Assembly: GCA_024704765.1 (NCBI GenBank)
Contig: JAKMXF010000300.1
Coordinates: 434,001 to 498,000, forward strand
Reading direction: 5' to 3'
Origin: Oopsacas minuta
Taxonomy: Eukaryota; Animalia; Porifera
Length of the DNA: 64,000 nucleotides
In this document: positions 46,783 through 57,689 of the stretch, piece after piece
How positions within the stretch are numbered: the first letter of the stretch is position 1
Layout: every line of letters begins with the position of its first letter
Notes under the pieces: generated by a model
Told to the model about the DNA's origin: nothing
What the model saw: the letters and a program-made list of their open reading frames with translations, nothing else
The model's database searches: none
Position numbers and translations under genes: made by a program

Positions 46783-48190
46783 TCAGTCAATAGACACCAT
46801 TGTGTTTCTCCACAGACTAGTCTTAGTAGACCGGACTACTACAGAGCCACAGGACACCACCTCACTCATAGAGAGAGGGATTGGCTCTGATACAGACGGG
46901 CTCTTATCTGGGGCAGAGGAATTGACACATCTCTCCATCTCTTGAGGATGTGAGATGGGAGGTAGTCTCATATGTTTCCTGATAGGAAGTATACGTGGCA
47001 GTTGTTTAGGGAGATCTTTTATAAGAATATTATCTAGCTGTGTGTCTAATTGACTACAGAACTCTGAGAATACAAAGGAGAAGTCTATAAAGTCTGATTT
47101 TTCCATAAACAACTGAGCAGTGTACTCATTCCTCTTAGAATGTGCTGTCATTCTATGTATCTTGTCTCTAGCTCTTCTAACCTCTACAATTGCTGCTTTT
47201 GACTCCTCTGAGATCTCAGAGAGGAGGGAGGGAGTAGACGTGATTAGATCAGATAAAGAGTGCATCTTTGGAGGCTTGTTAGCGTCGACTGCTAGTTTAA
47301 TCTCAGCTAAAAACTTATCTGTTGATCGAACATGGGATGAATCAGCTGGTATATTTGTCTCATGCATTCCTGTTATAGCCCAGGTGTTAGTTAGATCATC
47401 TGGCTCCTCTTCTATGGTAGAGGATACGGGGTGGGGAGGAGAGGGACGTTTGAACTTATCCTGAGATAGCATGGTATTCCAGAACAGCTCATGATCTACT
47501 CTACTTCTCAATAAGCCTTTTTTCTTCATTTTATACTCAGCCTCTACAATCTTATAGAATATAGAAGTTTGTAATTTTTGTAAGAATAGAGTATCATTCT
47601 TAAACTCTGATTTTAGAGCTCTTGGCTTTAGAGCTAGTCTAGCTCTCCTCTCTCTAGCTGCTCTGTTACGACACTTTAATTTCCATTTATTATCCATCTC
47701 CTTCTGTCTGTGTAGCTGTTCTTGTACATGTTCCTGTAACACCTCTAGATGTGCGTATTTATAATAGTTATGTAAAGGTTTCCAGTCTGATAACTGAGCT
47801 GATAGTGGTTTACATTTAGTGTGTGTTGAGCTATAAAAATATATAATAAATACATTACATTATTCACATAAACACTTACCTACTGCTGGCATCTGTGAGG
47901 GTACTGACAGAAGAACTCCTCCCTCCTGCTCTACTTCTCTTAGACAGATGAGTAGTAGCAGAACTGAAATGAGACTCAGTCTCTCTTTTAGAAGCACTAG
48001 TGTTAGTGACAAGAGATACTGAGGGGGTAAGAAGCTGGAGAGGACAGATTTCCAGGGTTGGTATATCAACTTGAGATTGGAAATGCTCAGTGAGAGAAAC
48101 TAATCGAGTCCTTATAGTCTCTAAATGCATCTGTAAAGCCTCTAGTATAAGGCCACATTCTGGATCTTGTGATGTAGCCTGTGTATCCAT
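46783..48190 (-). CDS. Uncharacterised protein with basic coiled-coil region (probably 2 exons)
   Basis: Two coding-like ORFs on the same strand (47876-48190 and 46783-47742) separated by about 130 bp. I do not recognise the family. Confidence 0.55.
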
Positions 48191-48323
48191 AGTATAAGCT
48201 AGCTATAACATTATGGATCTGTCAGATATCAAATTTAATTATGAATAAATGTAATAAAGGAATTTATAAGACAACTCATGCGATAATTTAGCGCCAACCA
48301 GATAGTTAATGAATTCATAAAAG

Positions 48324-50474
48324 TTACTTCCTCCTCTTAGTCAGTGTACTTGGTTCTGTAACGGAACCAGTTTCCAGAGAATGCTGCCCTCCAGATAGGA
48401 TCAAGTAAGGAATGCCAGAAGTCTCCATCTTTCTAGTTGCCATAGCAACCGTGTTGAGGGGTGTGTCGAAAGAATTCATTTTCATCATTGACAATTCGTC
48501 CTCTGACTTTTTGAGTCGACGCTCAGCTTTTAACTTTCCAGAACCTTTTCCATGGAATATGTGAGACATACGTCTGAATGCTTCTTTCTGCGAAAGTTCT
48601 CGCCCCAGATCATCCACATACTCCAGCTTTATTTCAGGAATATAATCCTTCTTTTCTGGGAAAGAATCTCTATCTCTGTCTCTGTAATCATCTCTGCTAT
48701 CCCTGGTCCTTTCTCTCTGGTCACCACCACGTGTCTGTTTGTCAAGCAGAGAATAGTTCCTAGCTGAGATATCGTTCTTGTGTTTAGACTCCTCAACAGT
48801 CTCAGTGTATCCCCCCTTAGTTCTAGATTGTTCTATGAACCCCTTCCTCTCTGCTAGCAGTAGAGTAGAAGTGATAGAGTGAGATACTATAGGTTCTGCT
48901 TCAAAGTAATCTTCTCTATCTTCACTCTTTATATGAGGTTTAAAGTCTGATCCGTTCTTCAATTCCTTCCAGCCGTCTCTCTCTTCTTCCCCCTCAGAAC
49001 CCAGCTCCATAGCTTCATGATTATCTGTTCTCATTTCAGACAGATTATCGTGTAGTCTGTTACGAGATAGAGACGACTGAGTATTGAGAGATCTCACAAA
49101 CTCCTGGGTACTATCAAATATCATAGCAGATGGCTTGACATCAGCTGTTGATATATCAGCTGATTTTATTCGTGTAGTCTGACGAGCAATAGCAGCAGCT
49201 CTGTCTATAGGATCCATACCTCTATTCGAGAAGGCGGTCTCTCTTAATTTACGAATCCTATCTATGGCATTAGCTAGGTTATCCTCCTCATCAGCTGATG
49301 GGATTATTGACAGAGGAGTATCCATGGTAGCTTCACTGGGACCTATTACGTCATCAGAATTAATCTTTCTACTTTGAAAGGTAGTAACAGAGGGAGGAGG
49401 GGAGCTAGTCTCTGGTGCTCTATCTCTAGATCCCAGGTCTGTAGGAGGGAGGAGAGGAGAGGACTGTTGGAGGAGATCTTCTGCTCGGAGAGGAACAACT
49501 TTTCTTCGTTTCTTAATCCTCCTAAACTTCTCAGCTATCTCCTCTGACGTCATTACTTGACTAGCATACTTATGCTCGAAATTAAGATCTACCTCCCTCT
49601 TGCCCAGCTGTGAGAGAATAGATTCTCTCTTCTTACTCTCTTGTAGTACAGAGCTGTCTGTGTCTAGCTGTCCGTTATCTGACAAGTAAAATGATTGAGT
49701 TTTCTCGCCAGATATTTCATCATCATATTTAGCAAGGACGTTGCCTACCTGTCTCTCTCCTCTCAGAGCACTCTCAATACCCTCTAATGCTGTCTCTGAA
49801 TCAGCTAAAGGATCATATATTCCTGTGCGTAGTCCTTTTGTCTCTCTATTCTTACTAGCTCTGTCAATATCTATCATGGTAGGATTCTGTAAGGTCTCTT
49901 CTGTCTCTTCGTCTAGAATATCTCTATCCTTGAGTGTCAGGATGTTCTCTTCTCCTTCCAAGAACCCTCCTACATCGTGTCCTATCTTCATGCCCTTCAA
50001 ATCACTGCTCCGATACTTGTTATCCTTCTTGTCCTTAGTAGGTTTATCTTCCTGATATTTCTTATCAAACTCAAGCTGACGACTGCGTTCTACCCAATTT
50101 CTGACTTCATTCACATCCAGAGCATCAGCAGATTGGGTAGGACTTTGGTTTCGCTGACGTTTCAACTTCCTTTCATCTAATTTCTGTCTAAGAAGGAGAG
50201 TACGATCTGTAACGGTATTACTGTCAGATAAGTGATGAGTGACGTCATTAGTAACGGAATCAGAGGATGGACTTTGCTTTTCTCTGTTGCGATTAGAACT
50301 TTTATGCTTTGATGGAGACGGTGATCTTCTTAAACGTTTATGAGAGGTAGTGTGTCTAGGAGATACTGACCTCTCTCTCCCCTTTTTGCTATCAGATCTG
50401 TGTTTCTTCCTAGCCTCATGTCCAGGACTGTACACGTGTCTATGTCTGTTAGTGTGTAACTCTTTAGAACTCAT
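48324..50474 (-). CDS. SART1: U4/U6.U5 tri-snRNP-associated protein 1 (Snu66)
   Basis: RS-like N-terminus, DL.GMKIGHD, ILTLKD..ILDE, VLAKYDDEI and IKLEYVDDLGRELSQKEAFRRMSH.FHGKGSGKLK.ERRLKK. Confidence 0.95.
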   Translation of the reverse strand: MSSKELHTNRHRHVYSPGHEARKKHRSDSKKGRERSVSPRHTTSHKRLRRSPSPSKHKSSNRNREKQSPSSDSVTNDVTHHLSDSNTVTDRTLLLRQKLDERKLKRQRNQSPTQSADALDVNEVRNWVERSRQLEFDKKYQEDKPTKDKKDNKYRSSDLKGMKIGHDVGGFLEGEENILTLKDRDILDEETEETLQNPTMIDIDRASKNRETKGLRTGIYDPLADSETALEGIESALRGERQVGNVLAKYDDEISGEKTQSFYLSDNGQLDTDSSVLQESKKRESILSQLGKREVDLNFEHKYASQVMTSEEIAEKFRRIKKRRKVVPLRAEDLLQQSSPLLPPTDLGSRDRAPETSSPPPSVTTFQSRKINSDDVIGPSEATMDTPLSIIPSADEEDNLANAIDRIRKLRETAFSNRGMDPIDRAAAIARQTTRIKSADISTADVKPSAMIFDSTQEFVRSLNTQSSLSRNRLHDNLSEMRTDNHEAMELGSEGEEERDGWKELKNGSDFKPHIKSEDREDYFEAEPIVSHSITSTLLLAERKGFIEQSRTKGGYTETVEESKHKNDISARNYSLLDKQTRGGDQRERTRDSRDDYRDRDRDSFPEKKDYIPEIKLEYVDDLGRELSQKEAFRRMSHIFHGKGSGKLKAERRLKKSEDELSMMKMNSFDTPLNTVAMATRKMETSGIPYLILSGGQHSLETGSVTEPSTLTKRRK

Positions 50475-51741
50475 TCAATCAATCTAGTTATGAATACAAT
50501 TACCAATAAATAAGAGCAATATAATGGTAATGTTATTTATTGGAACTACAGGTGTCAAGTGCAGGCAAATTACATAAATTTGAAGGGGGAAAGGTATTAT
50601 TGTCCCGATTAGCAAGGTTGTAAACACAGTCTTTGCATATTTACGATCTTGTTTATGTTTGTTATACCATTGTATCTAACATGATAAGTTACAGTCAATA
50701 CTAATTGATAACCGATTTACTTGTAAAAATTATAATAATAAGCGGGTAAAGGTGACTTGTTAATTGGCTACGTGTATGTTTGATTAGATACGTAGAGCAA
50801 AGAAATCTTCCAATCTTTGTACACACATTTTTTGAATAAACTGAATGACTTTCTAAATAAGTGTCAATGCAGATGGTTGCTTTATTCAAGTCATAGGGAT
50901 ACTAATTTTGTACAAGTTTATTTCTTATCTGTAGCATCATAAATGAGAATCTCATCGAGTATTTTACGGGTCACTTTTAAACTGTCAGTTAGGGGATTCG
51001 GTTCAATGACAGATTATAGCTGATGGCTTATTGACAGATTATTGATGGGTTATGTTGTTACTTGTAAGTAAGTAACAAATTAACTTGATTGAAAACTAAT
51101 CCACAGCTTAAGAAATGGCTTCATATAGTTGTTGCAAGAATGGTGGTGCTAATTGGCTCATAGGGAGCACTTATAGATTTCAAAACAATGATTTTGTATA
51201 GAATGTAATGTATGGACCATATATGGGCAGTTGGGCACAATGATATATGTCTCCTTTGCAACTCTCTATGGTACATTTACACATAATTAATAATCTTCAC
51301 AGAGTTCTATGACATTATATATCAACAATATTATCCCCTATTGAATTGGAACGTTACAGACAGGGGCGTGTATATATTTCGGCCTTAGAGGGAGGGGGGA
51401 TATTAATGGATGTCTCTGTGAATATTCGAGATAATACAAGAATAAATGGAAATCAGAAAACAGTGGATGACCTTAAAAGGTGTGTATACACAAAAATTGA
51501 GTTATGTGCGGGTAGAATGGTACAGGTAGATTAGATTAGAAATCACGAATTTCAAATGGGTTAAACAGCTGGCAATTTGCATTTAAGAGAAGTAACAACT
51601 GCTCTCGAGGCTAAATACAAAATCATTTTCAACATAGAAGAAGCCAATAGTAAACAGAGAGTAACATAATCAGCTGGCAACTACTGAGTCTTGTGAAAAG
51701 AGTTGACGACAGATTAGTTAAGAACATATCAGTTCAATCAG

Positions 51742-51749
51742 TATAAATA
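51742..51749 (+). promoter_or_regulatory. TATA box (TATAAATA) upstream of ankyrin gene copy A
   Basis: Sits about 70 bp before ATG 51816. The same CAGTATAAATA word is kept upstream of copy B. Confidence 0.55.
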
Positions 51750-51815
51750 GGCTACTCATTAGCATTGGGAATATAACGTACCAAAATTTATCACATAACA
51801 ACAAGCCAATACAAT

Positions 51816-52547
51816 ATGAAAGTAACATTCAGGATATTAGATGAGTTAATTGACTCAATAAAACAACACGATTTGTTAGAGTTAAAGAAGTTGATCCCGC
51901 TATTGAGCAGAAATGAAATCAATGAGAGATCTGCTACAGGATTAGCTCCAATACATTATGCTTGTTTGGAAGGTCAAATCAAAATAGTTGAATGCCTTTT
52001 GAGAAACAAAGCCAATCCTTCTCTACAAGATGTAGAAGGTTGGACACCTTTACACATAGCTGCTACAAGAAATATCTATGATTTAGCTGTCTGTTTGATG
52101 GGGTTTGGAGCTGATCTATCAATTTCTAACAGTGATCAGGAAACTCCCTTACAGTTAGCAGAAGATAATAAACTAATCCGTCTGTTAGAAAGAAAGGGGA
52201 GCTCAGAATCTGACGCAGAAGAGAGAGAAGAACAAGAAGAGCAAGCTCTCCTCTCAGCTCTCAGGAAAGCTAAGAGGATGAACTGTGTAGATAAGTGGGA
52301 GGAGAGTTTAGGGATCAGTGAAGAAGGCAGCATTCTACATCTAGCTGCAGCATATGGTTACTGTCATCTAGTAGAATACATCTGTGAAGAGAAGCTAGTG
52401 AATGTGAATGGGAAAGACAGAGATGAATGGACTCCTCTACATGTAGCTAGTTACTGGCAATACAGTGATATCATGGAGGTGTTGTTAACACACGGAGCTA
52501 ACCCTTGTTTGGTTACTAAAGTGTACAACAGACCGAGTGACTTGTAG
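51816..52547 (+). CDS. Ankyrin-repeat PP1 regulatory subunit-like (PPP1R12/16/27-type), copy A
   Basis: N-terminal KVTF (RVxF-like), LAPIHYACLEG, DVEGWTPLHIAA, ILHLAAAYGY and DEWTPLHVASYW. Confidence 0.8.
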   Translation: MKVTFRILDELIDSIKQHDLLELKKLIPLLSRNEINERSATGLAPIHYACLEGQIKIVECLLRNKANPSLQDVEGWTPLHIAATRNIYDLAVCLMGFGADLSISNSDQETPLQLAEDNKLIRLLERKGSSESDAEEREEQEEQALLSALRKAKRMNCVDKWEESLGISEEGSILHLAAAYGYCHLVEYICEEKLVNVNGKDRDEWTPLHVASYWQYSDIMEVLLTHGANPCLVTKVYNRPSDL

Positions 52548-54059
52548 CAATTGGATCATTGAGTTGTAGCGGAATTTAATTTTATTTGCTTCTCGCTTTC
52601 ACGATCGATTTATATTTTGTATTTTGAATTAATTAAATCAAAGAACGAATTATTTAGACTTTTATTCTCAAAATAGATTATTTAGATAGGAAACATGGAA
52701 GCAACAAAATGTTGTCTAAGATAAATATAACAAAACTTAGAGCTAAAATATTTTTCTAGCTTCCTCGTTGATAAGGGAACTTTTGAATAAAAGTTTAAAA
52801 TAAATTTAAAAGGAAGCCTGCCTCTGTAAGGCTAGAAGTCCTCTGTCTGTGAATAAATTTAATATTTTATAGCTTCATGTCATTCAAGCTGATATGAACA
52901 AATGACCTAGGGTTCATTCAGTGAGGAAGGGCATATGGTTGGTACTGCTTACTCTACAACAAATATATATCTGAAACAGAAATTATAGAATTAGTAATTT
53001 CAACTTCTAAATAAGGAGAATAAAGATGTTTCAATACAAATAAAAATAGAAATATATTTGTTTGAAAAACACTAATTATATTATTGAATTACGTAATCAA
53101 TTAATTAATGAATTGTTTAGTAGACAATATTTGCTGATGGCAGTAGTATTCTCAGAGAAAACCTAATATGTAAGCATTTTAAGAGAGAACACATATTAAT
53201 AATATTTGTGTAACAAATTACATTTTTAAAAATAAAGTGGGCGAATTCAATCCCCAACTACATTGCCCAGTGTAATGATGTGTATTAGTTTTATATTACA
53301 AGAATATTTTCAGTGAAAATAGAAAATGTATAACCAAATAGAATAAAATATTCTCTCTTTCAAAGAGAGATATTAAATATGCAAATGCAAATTCGTGTAA
53401 TATTTGTTAGATGTACTGGATTACAAGTCACTCGGTCTGTTGTACACTTTAGTAACCAAACAAGGGTTAGCTCCGTGTGTTAACAACACCTCCATGATAT
53501 CACTGTATTGCCAGTAACTAGCTACATGTAGAGGAGTCCATTCATCTCTGTCTTTCCCATTCACATTCACTAGCTTCTCTTCACAGATGTATTCTACTAG
53601 ATGACAGTAACCATATGCTGCAGCTAGATGTAGAATGCTGCCTTCTTCACTGATCCCTAAACTCTCCTCCCACTTATCTACACAGTTCATCCTCTTAGCT
53701 TTCCTGAGAGCTGAGAGGAGAGCTTGCTCTTCTTGTTCTTCTCTCTCTTCTGCGTCAGATTCTGAGCTCCCCTTTCTTTCTAACAGACGGATTAGTTCAT
53801 CCGCTTCTGCTACTTCAAACGGAGTTTCTTGATCACCGTTACTGACAGAAAGATCAGCTCCAAACCCCATTAAACAGACAGCTAAATCATAGTTATTAGT
53901 TGTAGCAGCTATGTGTAAAGGTGTCCAACCTTCTACATCTTGTAGAGAAGGATTAGCTTTGTTTCTCAAAAGACATTCTACCATTTTGATTTGACCTTCC
54001 AAACAAGCATAATGTATTGGAGCTAATCCTGTAGCAGATCTCTCATTGATTTCATTTCT
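51909..54059. repeat. Inverted duplication; arms about 51909-52546 and 53422-54059
   Basis: 52171-52546 is the exact reverse complement of 53422-53797 (376 bp, compared by eye). The 5' parts are similar but carry substitutions. Confidence 0.95.
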
Positions 54060-54152
54060 CTCCAAGAACGGGATAATAAGCTCGAATTCCCTCATAGAAT
54101 GTTGTTTAATTGTATCAATTAATTCATCAATAATATTAAATGTTACAGACAT
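53421..54152 (-). CDS. Ankyrin-repeat PP1 regulatory subunit-like, copy B (inverted paralog)
   Basis: 243 aa. The C-terminal half is identical to copy A. It starts MSVTF instead of MKVTF. Confidence 0.8.
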   Translation of the reverse strand: MSVTFNIIDELIDTIKQHSMREFELIIPFLERNEINERSATGLAPIHYACLEGQIKMVECLLRNKANPSLQDVEGWTPLHIAATTNNYDLAVCLMGFGADLSVSNGDQETPFEVAEADELIRLLERKGSSESDAEEREEQEEQALLSALRKAKRMNCVDKWEESLGISEEGSILHLAAAYGYCHLVEYICEEKLVNVNGKDRDEWTPLHVASYWQYSDIMEVLLTHGANPCLVTKVYNRPSDL

Positions 54153-54201
54153 GTTGAAATCTTATTTGTATTACCAGTTTAGCATTTGATAGCTTACTTG
54201 T

Positions 54202-54209
54202 TATTTATA
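54202..54209 (-). promoter_or_regulatory. TATA box (TATAAATA) upstream of ankyrin gene copy B
   Basis: CAGTATAAATA on the minus strand about 50 bp before ATG 54152, mirroring copy A. Confidence 0.55.
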
Positions 54210-55185
54210 CTGTATTGCTGTACTCGGATTTACAATTGAAAGTAATCAAAGATCTCAAAATCTTATCTGTGCTACGTGTACAGTTCAGACGTGTAAAAAT
54301 TGTACTCACACTATTTTGCAACTATCCAGAGGATAGGAAGAGGGCAATACCTGAATATATGTTATTACGAATGTGCATTTATGAGGGAAATAGGAAATAC
54401 TTTTATCAATCTGAATGTTTACATGAATTCTAAGATTACAACACTATGACCTATTTTATGATAAAAGAAATTGCTATTTATTCCCAAATCATTAATAACA
54501 AAAAGACAAGCCATTAATTCTAATACGTAGACTGTCAATCTGGCAGGTAGCATGGTTCATGAATACGTTTCTATAGTATAATGTCGATTTAACAACTGAT
54601 AGTAAATCCAAGTACTGCTGATGATTTTTTATAGATACGAATGGTAGTGTAGATTATTTGGTAGAGAAAGTTCAGCATTGTAAGAAGATAAATTTGGTGA
54701 GGAATTCAGACTAGTACGCAATTCCTACCAATTACATGAATCGTGCCTTATTCAAAATTAAGTCAATAAGAAGCTCAAAGATCAAAGTAATACGGGTATG
54801 ATTCAAACACATAAAGCAGCTCCCAGAAACTCTAAGATTTATAATCATTTCAAACATTCAAATATTTGGAGTTTAGACCAAATAAGTTAAACTTCCAATA
54901 ATTATTGCAGCAAGACAATTACTAAAAGTTGAGTCTACAAATCACATATATTAGGTAGTCACAATAATATTGTCGCATCTATTAGCACACGGATGTCAAA
55001 TTACAAGTTGTTTACTCGAAAATTGATTTCAATGAGGTCAATTAACTTATGTGAAGTTTAAACGTATTTAGACTGAGGCGGAGAAAGAAATACAATTATT
55101 ATTATTATTGCAACTATTTAATTAGCAAAGTGAATACCAAATAAGCTATTAGAAATACTGAATTACTATTTACATGATAATTCAA

Positions 55186-56016
55186 TCAATCCTGATCATC
55201 TGCACCATCCATAGCTTTAGTGTTAACATCCAAATCTTCTCCGTACTGTATAGTCATATCAATTTGTAGCAGAACATTATCCTTAGATCCCTCGTCTGAT
55301 ATATCCAAGGGGAGGAATTGAACAAAACTGTAGTCGTTTATGAGACTGCTGATTGCTTTGTTCAGCTTCTGATACTTAGGATCAACATGAGCACTGACTT
55401 CATCCAACAGGTCATGAGGGTCTGGATCCAAATACTTGTCCAATGACTTCTTAGCCTTTGAGGACAATAGGTCTATCTTAGATAGAATGTTAATGTGAGG
55501 GAGTTCTAACAAAATCATGGAGCTGAGGGCAGTCATTATACCAGAGAACATCTTGGTAGCATCAACAATAAAATGGCAATCTAACAGGAAAACCGAGCAA
55601 ATATTAAAATTCCAACTTTTCAGCACATCAGCGAACTGTCTCATAGCTGGAATGTGTGTGTATAATTCTATTTGTCCAGGACAGTCAAATAGAATATAAT
55701 CATCTTCTGAATCACCTAATTTCTCTTCTAACCATTCTATATTCTGTAGAAAGAATTCCATACAGAATACCAACCCCCCATTCGGTCCAAAGTTCAATTC
55801 CTCATCCTCCATCACGTCAGTAACTTGTACTAGCTCCCTGATATCAGCTATCACGGGGTAGTCAAAGTGCTCTGCTGCTGGATCCATATTCACAACATAC
55901 ACAGTTCTATGTATTGTTTCACAATGCTGCTGTATCATATGACAGTATGTCGATTTACCACTACCGGCAGGTCCTATCACCAATTGTCCGTAGCGCATTC
56001 TATCGTATCGTATCAA
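55186..56016 (-). CDS. GPN3: GPN-loop GTPase 3
   Basis: [64 protein letters not shown] and [10 protein letters not shown]. Confidence 0.97.
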   Translation of the reverse strand: MIRYDRMRYGQLVIGPAGSGKSTYCHMIQQHCETIHRTVYVVNMDPAAEHFDYPVIADIRELVQVTDVMEDEELNFGPNGGLVFCMEFFLQNIEWLEEKLGDSEDDYILFDCPGQIELYTHIPAMRQFADVLKSWNFNICSVFLLDCHFIVDATKMFSGIMTALSSMILLELPHINILSKIDLLSSKAKKSLDKYLDPDPHDLLDEVSAHVDPKYQKLNKAISSLINDYSFVQFLPLDISDEGSKDNVLLQIDMTIQYGEDLDVNTKAMDGADDQD

Positions 56017-56890
56017 TTACTAATTACTCTCAAAAGAGAATGTAATACATTAGCATTAGTAGTAACTAGCTGGTCAGATAGATTCTGAGTATAGTTATGA
56101 TCATTAAAATATCTCTAGATTTTATCGAGAGGAAGATAACTCAGTGGTTTCACTATCTACCTTTCTCCTAATAAGGACAAATAGATTTAATGGAATGCAG
56201 TGTACGACACATTATAAATAATCTTATAAGGATCATTCTTAATAATCAATATTTATTTAAATTATTTAATGCTAAACATGGACAACATCAAAAAATCTAT
56301 AATTTTATAAATCTGTGAGGACAACAAATACATAGCTAGCAACATCTTACAATCATCCTTGAGCAATATGGCAAACTGCAACACAAGTAACAAAACTACC
56401 CAAATTTAGAATAACAAGCAGAGCTAGAATGCTCAATTCAAAGTCTGATAAAGTTAATACTGAGGAAGAAGCTATACTGTATTACCCCATAAAGGTTTCA
56501 ACTTAGAAATCTCATTAGAATTAGAAAATTTTGGGAATCTTATGGAGCAAAATAGAAACCAATAAAAGAACATGATTTCCAAATGATGTGTAAACAGTGC
56601 GGTGCCGTCAACTGATAGATTTGAATTAGAGGGTATCTTAATTCAAACATCACAGATTGCACTATTTGAATTAGTTATAATTAACTGATTAATTACAGGA
56701 GCTAATGACTTGTGTCATTAGTAAATATTTCAATTGTTTACTGTAGCATTTCGGTAATTAGCATTGATTACGAAGTTCACCGAATACTTTCAGTAACTAC
56801 GTAAGCTAGTTTGTTAATATTGATTGGAATTAATAATATCTTATATTTAATAAAGTAGTAATTTGTTCTAAATAACATACGAAAATTGTT

Positions 56891-57550
56891 TCAATTAAAT
56901 TTAAGATTAGCAAGTTTCTTAGAATATTCTCCCCGATAAAAGAGTAATATTTTATCAGCTTCTCCTAATGCTAATTGCAGACACTGTTGGTAGTGTTGAG
57001 GTGAGAAATTACCCCAGGCATGACAGAATAATTCTCGTTTGGTTGGCATTTCAATAACAAACACAAACACACTCTCTGCTTCAAATTCTTGTTCCTTATT
57101 TGGGCTAATTATTGGGTCTTTGTTGCTACTGATTTCATTTGGAATAGCAATGGTTAGAGCTACAAAAGAATGTAACATTGCAATGCCAGCATCCAAGAGG
57201 GCAAGAAAGCAAGCATTGAATATAGTTGATAGGAAACAGCTCCCTGCTACTCCCTCATGTATTGCAATACAAATTATTGCCCTGGGAAATAGGGACCTGG
57301 CTATTACAGATTCTAATATTTTCTTAATGCTAGCAACACATACGTTTTCGGTAGGGGAAGAGGGCTGCACTTTTCTGGGGCAGAAATGTACTGAAAGTAT
57401 TGCTTCATTTGCAAGATCAATTTGCTGGCGAGACTCAGCTGGGCCTTGTACTGATACGGTAACAAGAGAGCTCCGGAAGTAGAGGCGGGAAGATCCATCT
57501 GATTTGGATAATAACCCTAAATCAACTTCTTTTAGCTCTTCGCGTATCAT
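56891..57550 (-). CDS. EXOSC5: Exosome complex component Rrp46 (RNase PH fold)
   Basis: LLSKSDGSS, V..SVQGPAE, LFPRA.I.I.I, N.AC.LALLDAGI.M and G.FS..HY..CL.LA. Confidence 0.88.
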   Translation of the reverse strand: MIREELKEVDLGLLSKSDGSSRLYFRSSLVTVSVQGPAESRQQIDLANEAILSVHFCPRKVQPSSPTENVCVASIKKILESVIARSLFPRAIICIAIHEGVAGSCFLSTIFNACFLALLDAGIAMLHSFVALTIAIPNEISSNKDPIISPNKEQEFEAESVFVFVIEMPTKRELFCHAWGNFSPQHYQQCLQLALGEADKILLFYRGEYSKKLANLKFN

Positions 57551-57689
57551 TATGCAAAATATTGTATTCTAACCTCAAACAATGAATAGATATTATAAAC
57601 TGACAGATCTATAAACTACTATAAATAATTCTAACACACAGGTAGCAACAAATTTCATCCACAGTTAATGGACTTAAGTGATAAGCAAT

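Noticed and set aside
50701-50889. 62-aa minus-strand ORF, and a nearby KVTRKILDEIL peptide resembling the ankyrin-gene start
   Set aside because: It has a non-ATG start, no continuous frame and too short a similarity to separate from chance.
51361-51400. CAGGGGCGTG...GGAGGGGGG, resembling the end of an invertebrate non-autonomous DNA transposon
   Set aside because: I found no inverted partner or target-site duplication in the window, and one end alone is insufficient.
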